Shown here in pieces: positions 36,884-47,610 of a stretch of 64,000 nucleotides of DNA (its first letter is position 1; each line of letters opens with the position of its first letter). This stretch comes from Squalus acanthias (lineage: Eukaryota), in NCBI GenBank assembly GCA_030390025.1, contig CM059433.1, positions 16,742,001 to 16,806,000 of the forward strand. The letters run 5' to 3'. The position numbers and the translations under genes are program-made. Under the pieces are notes generated by a model. It was not told the origin of the DNA. It saw only the letters and a list, made by a program, of their open reading frames with translations, and ran no database searches.

Positions 36884-37898
36884 TGTAAGGGGTTTTTGTC
36901 TCGGGCTTATTTGTAGGTCAGCCAGTTATGATTTCCTGGACTGTCCTTGCCCGCTGTGCGGTTGCGAATCGCTACCCCTTATTAGTTCTGAGCCCAGGAC
37001 TTATCGAGCGGCGATAAGGACAAACGAACAGACCCGTGGATTGGTGCGAGGAAAACCAATGTTTATTTACAGAAGTAAAACTACAGAGAAACAGTATCAT
37101 ATGAAAACGGTTTTACACTTAGCATGGGAAGAGAACGGACACATCGAGGGAAAATCCTAAAATTACAATTTTAGCAATATCCCCATTACTTCCCACCCTT
37201 ATGCCTAACTAGAATTGTCTTGCGACAGCCAGAAGAAGATAATGCTCACCGTTGAAATGGATGGAAAAACCTGGCCCTGTGCTCTGTTTCTGCCGTCGAC
37301 ATGTGGCTGCGAAGTTTCTGGTAGTCTTCTTTCTGGGCTGCTGGCCAGCAGACAGAGCGAACCGGGGTCCAGGCAGAGAGAGCGAGAGAATGGCTGGGTC
37401 TTCCCAGTTATACCCCTCCCGGTCGCCCTAATCTCCCTTCCGATCAGCTCATTTCTATTGTCTGATCTGGGCATGATGAATTTTAACAAAAGGTACTGGT
37501 CTCGGCCCATCATGTTAGATGGCCGGTAATTGTATGATACCAGTTCTTCAACTGCTACCCTATTGTTTGACAGGTTCGATGATTGTCCAGAACAATTTTG
37601 TTGATGGGGCCAGCCCCGTCTCAATGTCCCCGCTGATTATTTGAGCAAACACCTTGAAAGCCTTATGCATAGACCTGATTGTAATGCATAAGGAAAGGTC
37701 CTGTAACTTCCTGTTGCAGACATCGGAATACACAAGCTGACAGCTTCCCAGTGTCTGAAAAAGCTCTTGGTCACAAGGTCTGGCCGTGGCCATTTTATGC
37801 CCTGGATTTTAAAACTCAGTCTGACCAGGGTTCCTTATTAATAAGTCCAACAAAAAATCTTCGGGGGGGGAACACATGAAATTTTGCGAATCCTTTCA
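36884..37898 (-). repeat. 5' LTR (1015 bp)
   Basis: Direct repeat of 29896-30913, adjacent to the PBS. Confidence 0.97.
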
Positions 37899-38623
37899 TG
37901 CTTGCTTGACATATCCTAATATAATGCTTTTCTTTATAAATTTTGCAGTGATCATAAAAGCCACTGACTTTTCACAGATAAAACAGTTCTGGTATTAAAT
38001 AGAATCATAGAATCATAGAAAGTTACAGCACGGAAGGAGGCCATTTCAGCCCATCGTGTCTGCGCCGGCCAACAAAGAGCTATCCAGCCTAATCCCACTT
38101 CCCAGCTCTTGGTCCGTAGCCCTGCAGGTTGCAGCATCCCAAGTGCACATCCAAGTACTTTTTAAATGTGGTTAGGGTTTCTGCCTCTACCACCCTTTCA
38201 GGCAGTGAGTTCCAGACCCCCACAACCCTCTGGGTGAAGAAATTTCCCCTCAAATCCCCTCTAAACCTTCCACCAATTACTTTAAATCTGTGCCCCCTGG
38301 TTTTTGACCCCTCTGCTAAGGGAAATAGGTCCTTTCTATCCACTTTATCTCGGCCCCTCATAATTTTATACACCTCAATAAGGTCTCCCCTCAGCCTCCT
38401 CTGTTCCAAGGAAAACAGACCCAGCATATCCAGTCTTTCCTCATAGCTAAGATTCTCTACTCCCGGCAACATCCTTGTAAATTTCCTCTGTAACCTCTCT
38501 GGTGCAATCACATCTTTCCTGTACTGTGGTGACCAGAACTGTACGCAGTACTCCAGCTGAGGCCTAACTAGTGTTTTATACAGTTCAAGCATAACTCTTG
38601 TATTCTATGCCACGGCTAATAAA

Positions 38624-39513
38624 TGTGAGAAGTCGCACAACACCAGGTTATAGTCCAACAGTTTTATTTGAAATCACAAGCTTTCGGAGCGCTGCTCCTT
38701 CATCAGGTGAAGTGAAGAGATGTATATCGGCACAGCATATATAGTCAGAGAACACTGCCAGACGATTACAGTTAATCTTTCTAACTGCCCTTTATCACAC
38801 CTCGGCAGAGAGATAATCACGGCAATCAAAGGTGTGAATGGTGTTCAAACAGGTCAGTCAGGAAAACATTACATCAAAGACAATGAGGTGGCATTACATC
38901 AAAGACATTCAGCCTCCGATCTTCGGGTAAGCATTCTCCAAGGCGGCCTTCGAGACACACGACAACGCAAAATCATCGAGCAGAAACTGATAGCCAAGTT
39001 CCGCACCCATGAGGACGGCCTCAACCGGGATCTTGGGTTCATGTCACTCTACATGTAACCCCACCTGACGTAGAGTCATCCAGACTCGAGTCGTCGTTGG
39101 CTTGTTCTCTCTACACAGATGCGGCCGGACCTGCTGTGATTTCCAGCAAAAAAAGTTTTTTGTTTTCCATACAGACCCCAGCATCTGCCACATTTGACCC
39201 CTTGTGACCCCACCTCATTGTCTTTGATGTAATGTTTTCCTGACTGACCTGTTTGGACACCATTCACACCTTTGATTGCCGTGATTATCTCTCTGCCGAG
39301 GTGTGATAAAGGGCAGTTGGAAAGATTAACTGTAATCGTCTGGCAGTGTTCTCTGACTATATATGCTGTGCCAATATGCATCTCTTCACTTCACCTGACG
39401 AAGGAGCAGCGCTCCGAAAGCTTGTGATTTCAAATAAAACTGTTGGACTATAACCTGGTGTTGTGCGACTTCTCACATTTGTCCACCCCAGTCCAACACC
39501 GGCATCTCCACAT
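38624..39513 (+). mobile_element. Penelope-like element, 5'-truncated with an inverted pseudo-LTR
   Basis: GIY-YIG-type C-terminus HSASDLRVSILQGGLRDTRQRKIIEQKLIAKFRTHEDGLN. A ~270-bp inverted repeat (38621-38891 vs 39210-39480). TSD cacggctaataaa (38611-38623, 39514-39526). Confidence 0.85.
39391..39427 (+). ncRNA. Minimal type I hammerhead ribozyme motif (inverted copy at ~38672-38710, minus)
   Basis: TCAC-CTGACGA-A-GGAGC-AGC-GCTCC-GAAA-GCTT-GTGA gives the core boxes, helix II, a palindromic AAGCTT and helix I TCAC/GTGA. Confidence 0.75.
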
Positions 39514-40697
39514 CACGGCTAATAAAGGCAAGCATTCCGTATGCCTTCTTAACCACCTTATCTACCTGGCCTGCTACCTTCAGGGATCTGTGGACATGCA
39601 CTCCAAGGTCCTTTTGTTCCTCTACACTACTCAGTGTCCTACCATTTAATGTGTATTCCCTTTCCTTGTTAGCCCTCCCCAAATGCATTACCTCACACTT
39701 CTCCGGATTGAATTCCATTTGCCACTTTTCTGTCCACCTGATCAGTCCATTGATATCTTCCTGCAGTCTACAGCTTCCTTCTTCAGTATTAACCACACAG
39801 CCGATTTTAGTATCATCTGCAAACTTCTTAATCATACCCCCTTATATTCAAGTCTAGATCATTGATATATACCACAGAAAGCAAGGGACCTAGTACTGAG
39901 CCCTGCGGAACCCCACTGGAAACAGCCTTCCAGTCACAAAAACCCCCGTCAACCATTACCCTCTGCTTCCTGCCTCCGAGCCAGTTTTGAATCCAACTTG
40001 ACACTTTGCCCTGGATCCCATGGGCTTTTAACTTCATGACCAGTCTGCCATGTGGAACCTTATCAAAAGCCTTGCTAAAGTCCATATACACTACATCAAA
40101 CGCACTACCCTCATCTACCCTCGTTACCTCCTCAAAAAATTCAATCAAGTTTGTCAGACACGACCTTCCCTTAACAAATCCGTGCTGACTATCCTTGATT
40201 AATCTGTGTCTTTCTAAATGAAGATAAATACCACAACTCTCTTTCTTTCCCCTCTAATCTACTATGACTGATCATCACATCAAATGAGAAATCAAGGTCA
40301 GGATTTGTTGTTCTGTCTGTGAGAAAGATATAATCAACAAATAATTGTGTACTTGTTCCTTTGTGAATAAATGATGTACAATCCTGAAATTTGTACACAG
40401 TATTATGCAAAATCATGCCCCTGCATGAATGTGCCAGCAATGTGATGTAGGTTTACAGGAATGCCACCTGAAACTGTGCCTGCTCTCCAGGAGATTGTTT
40501 AGTGTGCCTAGCCCCAAACACATAAACACATTTAAACCACAAGAGGGAGGAGCAGCCAGAGCAGTCAGGATGCCAAGAATCTCACTAGAGCAATACAGGA
40601 TTCACTTCTTAAAAGCACACGCACGCACACACACACACGCGTGCATAATCCACCCAGCATGTTCTCCTCCCCACATTAATTGAGACAGATTATTTGC

Positions 40698-41080
40698 CAG
40701 TGTCAACTTGACCCAGTGGTAGCACTCTCACCTCTGAGTCAGAAGTTTGTGTGTTCAAGCCCTGCTCTGGAAGTTAACATATTATGACAATTTGGTTCAG
40801 TACTGAGGGAGTGCCGCATTTTTGGAGGTGCTGTCTTTCAAATGCTATGTTAAACTAATGCTCCATCTGACTGTTTGGAAGCAGGGGAGTTCTCTCAGTG
40901 GCCAACATTCACGCCTCAATCAACACTTCTAAACTCAGATAAACTGGTTTGCACAAATTAGCTGCTGCATTTACCTTCAAAACAATAGTGACTACATGTC
41001 TAAAAGCAATTCATTGGCTAGGAAATACTTTGGGATGCCATGAGAATATGATAGATACTATTTAAATGCAATTCGTTTCT
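40698..41080 (+). mobile_element. Degraded Deu-domain SINE
   Basis: cagtggtagcactctcacctctgagtcagaag head and a decayed body. Confidence 0.65.
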
Positions 41081-42181
41081 TACATAGATACATAGATACA
41101 TAGAAGATAGGAGCAGGAGTAGGCCATCCGGCCCTTCGAGCCTGCTCCGCCATTTAATGAGATCATGGCTGATCCTTCAATTCAGTATCCCGTCCCCGCC
41201 TTCTCTCCGTAACCCTTAACCCCTTTTGCCTGTAGAAATATATCTAATTCCCTCTTAAATATATTTAATGAGCTGGCGTACACTGCCCTCTGTGGCAATG
41301 AGTTCCACAGGTTCACCACTCTCTGAGTGAAGAAATTCCCCCTCATTTCTGTCCTAAATGGTTTAGCCCTTATCCTTAAATTATGTCCTCTAGTTCTGTT
41401 CTCACCCGCCAAGGGAAACATTCCTTCTGCATCTAATCTGTCTAGACCTGTCAGAATTTTATACACTTCTATGAGGTCCCCTCTCAATCTTCTAAACTCC
41501 AGTGTGTACATCCCTAAACTACATAGTCTCTCCTCATAGGTCAATCCCGCCATTCCTGGTATCAGCCTGGTGAATCGCCGCTGCACCCCCTCCATGGCAA
41601 GAACATCTTTCCTCAGATGAGGCGACCAAAACTGTACACAGTACTCGAGGTGTGGTCTCACCAGTGCCCTGTACAGCTGCAGCAAGGTATCCCTGTTCCT
41701 GTATTCCAACCCTTTTGCTATGAAGGCCAGCATACCGTTTGCCTTCTTGACCGCCTGTTGCACCTGCATGCTCGCCTTCAGTGACTGGTGTACAAGAACA
41801 CCCAGGTCTCTCTGTACTTCCCCCTCTCCCAATTTATTGCCATTTAAATAATAATTTGCCCTCCCGTTCCTGCACCCAAGGTGGATAACTTCGCACTTGT
41901 CCACATTATAGTGCATCTGCCATTTATCCGCCCAATCACCCAGTCTGTCCAAATCGCTCTGGAGCTTCCTGGTCTCCTCCTCTGAGCCCACCCCCCCTCC
42001 TAGTTTAGTGTCGTCTGCAAATTTGGAAATGCTGCATTCGACTCCCTGATCCAGGTCATTAATATAAATTGTGAACAGCTGGGGACCCAGGACAGATCCC
42101 TGTGGTACCCCACTTGTTACTGCCTGCCATTCAGAAAATGAGCCGTTTATTCCAACTCTCTGTTTTCTATCTGACAGCCAG
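41081..42181 (-). mobile_element. Young 5'-truncated CR1 LINE
   Basis: Open 269-aa RT C-terminus at 41182-41991 and an (atagatac)n tail. Confidence 0.93.
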
Positions 42182-43344
42182 TCTTCTTTCCTGGAGTGCC
42201 ACTATCCTGCGGGGGAGCGAGTATCACTGTCCCGCCCCACGGGGGAGCGAGTATCACTGTCCCGCAGGGGAGTGATTGTCACTGCAGGGAAATCTAAAGT
42301 ATAATCATATAACTTTCAGTAATTTAAGTATTTAACCGGACATTAGTAGAAATGTATATTTTTTGATGAAAATATTCTGCACTCACCAAGTTGAGGGATG
42401 CAAGTACTGGGAACAAAATCTTCTTACATTCAATGTCAGCATTACTTACTCCCAGGTCAAGCATAGCATAGTACAATATAGTTAAAGCTCCCTATACCTT
42501 AATAAAGTGCCTGGCTTCAAATTCAAAAGGACCTCATGCTGCACCAGACAAAACTCGGGGGGGGGTGGATGCAGATGCACTCAGGGGTGAAGGCATTACA
42601 ATCCGGGGGGCACTTGGGAGAATCTGCAAGTCTTGGACAACTTGGTGTCAATGAGCTCTTGGGGGCATCTTGGAAGGACTTGGGAGGATCAGAGCACTCA
42701 GAGGCAGAATGAAAGCGCTCGAGGCCCTCAGATCTGGGAACACTTAGGAGTTCTGAGGTCATAAAGTATTCTAGGAAAGCTAGATTCTGTGAGAACTCAG
42801 GACTGGGTTTGGGAGCACTCAGGTCGTTATGAGTCTGGGAGCACTGGGAGAAATACTTACCAGAAGGAGTCTGAGAACCATATTGATGGGAGGTGGTGGG
42901 GGCGTTAGCTGAGCCTTGATTAACAGAGATAGCTGTGACACCAGAAGGTTTGCCACTGTTCTAGGATCACAGTTCACGGCAACGCTGGGAACCAAAGGTA
43001 GTGGCCACAGGATAATGATACCACACTGACTCTGATTCCGTAGCAGCAAGAGAATTTTTCACTTTTTTAAACATGGCAGGCATTGAACTGTGTATTGGAC
43101 ATCGTCACCATCAAACTTGAATTCAAGCACCATGACTACTACTGTTACCAATTACTTAGCTATGATAAGGTTTTCCATTACAATGCCACGTGCTAGTGAG
43201 TATAAGAGCAGTAAGATAAATAACAACAAAAGCAACAGCAACCTGTATTTATATAGCGCCTTCAATGTAGTAAAACATCCCAAGGGGCTTCACAGGAGCA
43301 TTATCAAAAAAAATTGACACCGAGCCATATAAGGAGATATTCAG

Positions 43345-44160
43345 GCAGACTTGGTCAAAGTGCTTGCACTGCAGCAACTCGCCAAGGCTTCTTCGGCAGC
43401 ACCTCCCAAACCCGCGACTTCTTCCATCTAGAAGGACAAGGGCAGCAGGCGCGTGGGAACACCACCACCTCCCAAGTTCCCCTCCAAGTCACAAACCAAC
43501 CTGACTTAGAAGTATATCGCCGATCCTTCATCGTCGCTGGGTCAAAATCCCGGAACTCCCTCCCAGCACTGTGGGAGTACCTTCACCACACAGACTGCAG
43601 CGGTTCAAGAAGGCGGCTCAGCTGGAGTATTGTGGCCAATTCTGGGCATTACACTTTGGGAAGGACTTAAAGAGGGTGCAGTGGAGATTTACTGGAATTG
43701 TACCAGGGATGCAGGACTTCAATTATGTGGAGAGGCTAGAGAAACAAGGGTTGTTCTCTTCAGAGCAGAGAAGGTTCAGAGGCGATTTAATAGATATGTT
43801 GAAAATTATGAAGCGTTTTGATAGAGTAAATAAGGAAAAGCTATTTCCAGTGGCAGAAGGGTCGGTAACCAGAGGACTCAGATTTAATGTATTTCTCAAA
43901 AGAGCCAGAGGCGAGATGAGGGGAATTATTTTTACACAGTGAGTTGTTATGATCTGGAATGCACTGCCTGAAAGGGCGGTGGAAGCAGATTCAATAATAA
44001 CTTTCAAAAGGCAATTGGACAAATACTTGAAGGGGAAAATTTGCAGGGCTATGGGGAAAGAGCAGGAGAATGGGACTAATTGGAGAGCTCTTTCAAAGAG
44101 CCGGTACAGGCATGATGGGCCGAATGGCCTCCTTCTGTCTGGTATCATTCTATGATTCTA
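43345..44160 (+). mobile_element. Fused fragments of two LINE families (50714-family piece, then CR1 3' end)
   Basis: gcagcaactcgccaaggcttcttcggc... joins QLEYCGQFW...RGDLI...IWNALPERAVEADS. Confidence 0.8.
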
Positions 44161-46699
44161 ATGTTGATACCCTGATGGATTACAGAATAGGAATTATAAT
44201 TTCTTCCACCCAAAAAGATTACCAGACATTGTGAAATACAACTTGTATTTAAATAGTGCCTTTCATGTTTACACATGTCCCAAGCCATTTCTCAGAAGAA
44301 AAAAAGAATGGGAACCAAGCCTTTTCAGTTAATTATCTCCAAAAGCTTAGTTCTTAGACTGCACTGCCAAAAGCCTACCTAGATCTCAAGGCAAGGATGC
44401 ACTCTCTTGAAAAATGGGAACACACCCATGACAGTGTCCAAAGATACAAGAGTCAAAATATTCCAGTGTTAGAAAAGATCAAATAACCTAACAGTGTTGT
44501 AAAGAGAGAGTCATTAACAATGTTGGCCAGCATTGGGACCAGGGAAGGTAGTTGAGTGTGCAGGAGTTTGGTGGGATGAAGATCAAGGGTCAGGAGGTGG
44601 CTCTTACAAAAGAGGGCACAGGGAAAGAGGGAGAGATGGTGCAAAGCAATGAGGATCAATATTAGGATGAATAAAGGTTGGGTACTGCTCAGTGGTGAGG
44701 TGCGATGAGAGGGAGGTGGCACATGAGGCAGCTGTGAGGCTAGTCTGAATCTTTAAGACAAAAATAAACCCCTGACATCTTTGCACTTGGTGCTAGAGGT
44801 GACAGTGGAGGGGGAAGGATGGGTTTGAGGATTTTTTTTTTATAAATAGGGACATTTCAAATCATTTTTTACTGATTTCCACTGATAAATTCCTGGATTT
44901 ATTTGAGTGCTGAATTGGTAAAAATTGATTTCCTCCTGAATTTGAGATGAAAAAAATGACATTGTTCCATTATTTTCTTACCAAAAATTAGGTCCAGAGA
45001 TGTGTGCACGTTGCATCTGTAATATCAGGATGTGAAGGAACAAGCCATATAACCTATTCAGAAAAATACACTATCTTTTGAAAGAATTCTGGCCTTATTA
45101 AAACATGACAAACTGGGTTTGGAAATCTAGAAACCTAACTATGAAAAAGCTGTGAAAGCATTCTGGCTATAGAGATAAGATAGTTGTTGACACTGAATCA
45201 ATAACCTTATTGAAACAGAAGGTTAAAGGTTCCGGCAGGCTGAATCTTTCAAAATGAAACAATGGTTCACCCTGGACAAGGTGTTCTAATTTACACTTCG
45301 TAAAGAAGCACATAAAAGTAAGAAACATCTGCCTTCATAAAAATGACATCAAGTAAAAAACACACCTGCCATAACACCGTTTTTTATGGTAAACTTAGAA
45401 CACCTAGAGAAGAGACATAATTCTGTAATGCTACCAGCAGAAAAATGACTAGAGATAATTAGCTTACATCAGCAGAAAACCTTAAAGGAAATACCACTGG
45501 AAAAGGGTATAAATATTGAACTCTCAAATGGGATAACAGACTCACTTTAAAGGGGCAAAGCGATTCTCGGCTTCAGAGGCGGCTCTGTAAGTCTCCAACT
45601 CTTTGTACCTCGGGGATCAAAGGTATTTGATTTTGGTGGATATCCTGAATAGAACTTTAAGATCTGTAAAACTGTAGCGAAGTTAAGATTTGAGAGTAAG
45701 GTTCTCTGATAATAGGATTGTAAGCTTTCTCTTTTTGGAACCGTTAATGTTGCGATTGACTCACCAACTGTAAACTGCATGTCGGTTCTTTAATAAATCT
45801 ATATATTTTTAGAATTGTCTCACATAAGACTTCTGTATCAAACTCGCAAACTGTACACTCTTTGGTGAGGAGTTGCAGAATTCTGGGGGAGTTTTCCGGA
45901 CCCTCATAATATCTGGAACGTTACAGTCTAGCTAAACTTATTAAAAGCGCTATCTGGAGGACGGTAACATTTTCAGGTTGTTCCTTTCCTTTAGGGAGAG
46001 ATAGTCCAGACCTTTAGACCCAATTAAGTGTCTTTAGGATTCGGCTACCTCAAACTTTAGTTGAAAGTGAACGTCTGAGGAATACGCCTGATCCGGGGTA
46101 GCCCTAAAGGGACTAGGACTAGTAATTATCCCTTCAAGGACACAGGTTGAAGAACCTTGATCATGACTGATGAGGTGTTAATAACAAAATGGATAAATTA
46201 TATATTATGATCATAATGTACTGTTCATAACACATGCGTAAAAATTATTTGTTCGCATCAACTATTTCATACTTCAGTCAGACTTTAAAAATATTCGTGC
46301 TTCACGATACTATGGGTTTGATGTGCTACTTAAAACATTAATTTTAGTAATCAACGTTTTGCAGCTTATGGTCTATTCAGCAAAATGTATTTTACTGCTA
46401 AATTAGCATTACTGTATTTTGTGATCGCGAAAGCTTATATTACATTACTTCTGGAACTGCCACTGAGGCCCAGAGAACTGGCGTCTGTGAACTATGTAAA
46501 TAATCGTGGGTTGTCATTTAGGTTAACTCTGTCATGTTAATCTCTTGCTTGTTTTCTTGTGGTTTAGTGATGTTTACAGTAAAAACTGATTTGTACTGAA
46601 CCACTAATCTACCCAGGTTTTCTGAGTTATTATTTTTTCCCTTGTCATCTCCCGGTTTTTGATGGCAAATAAAAACTAAAAAGCAATAAAAACGGACGT

Positions 46700-47610
46700 T
46701 AAAGGTCTTTTTGGAGAAAAGGGGTTGTGGGTTGTTCTTAGCTTCCAAGATGATACTGAAAGTAATCGGAGTATTTGACTGTGGAGAGAGAAGGGTGGTA
46801 ATGCTTAACACGGTGCAGCCAAATGTGGTGCTGGCCAACAAGTCTGGTCATGCACTAGGTGTGCTTCTGTGGCCCTCAGAGTTACGGTTATGAAGCCAGC
46901 AACTGCACCAGGATGAACAACGGGGGAGGAGGATGGCAAGAAAATTGGTGGGATGAGGATGTCAAAGGAAGAGGTGTGGGAGCTGTTTAGCAGATCAGCA
47001 GTGGCAGTGGTGTCATGACGGGTTGAGGGCCAGAGGAGAGGGAGTTAGGAGTGAGAGAGTTCATTGCTAAGCAAGCTAGGGTGCAGTACATTCCAGAGGC
47101 AAAGGGTAAGTGCGACAGGGTTGGAGGTAGGTAGGGAGATGTGGATGGTATGGGATAAAAGGAAGTAGTCAAAGACGTCACATCGGGGATATAGGCCTTG
47201 GAGTTGGTGAGGTCAAGGGATGTGAATGGGGATTGGATTTGAAGGGTGAGGTTAAGAGAGGACAGGAGAACAGAGAAATTAGAGGATAGAGAGCAAGGGG
47301 AATTAAGGTGCAGATTGAAGTCACCTAAGATAAGTAATTATTCAGTGTGGAGACTGAGGGAAGAGAGAGGGGAGCTGCTGACGGAAGTGGTGGAAACGGA
47401 GACACTCAATGTTTTCAAGAGGAGACTGGATAGGCACTTGAGGGAAATAAACTTGCAGGGCTATGGGGATAGAGCGGGGGAATGGGACTGACTGGATTTC
47501 TCTACTAGAGAGCTGGCACGGACTCGATGGGCCGAATGGCCTCCTTCTGTGCCGTTATGACTCTATGAGAGCTTGGAGGAACAGGCTAAGGGAGGAGAGA
47601 AAGGAGGATG
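46700..47610 (-). mobile_element. Degraded L2-like fragment containing a plus-strand CR1 3' end (~47385-47566)
   Basis: Purine-rich antisense endonuclease/linker-like region, plus VVETETLNVFKRRLDRHL...GYGDRAGEWD. Confidence 0.55.

Larger units (their letters stand above)
29896..37898 (-). mobile_element. Endogenous retrovirus-like provirus (lokiretrovirus-like), non-autonomous: LTR-gag-deleted pol-env-LTR
   Basis: Paired TG...CA LTRs, TSD TGCT (29892-29895, 37899-37902), PBS, PPT, gag with CCHC, DTG protease, and env with a furin site and TM helix. Confidence 0.95.
38000..40225 (-). mobile_element. CR1 LINE ORF2 3' part, interrupted by a Penelope element
   Basis: DFSKAFDKVPHGRL, GVPQGSVLGP, KFADDTKIG, LVRPQLEYCVQFWSP, and a tagaatca tail. 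Confidence 0.92.
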
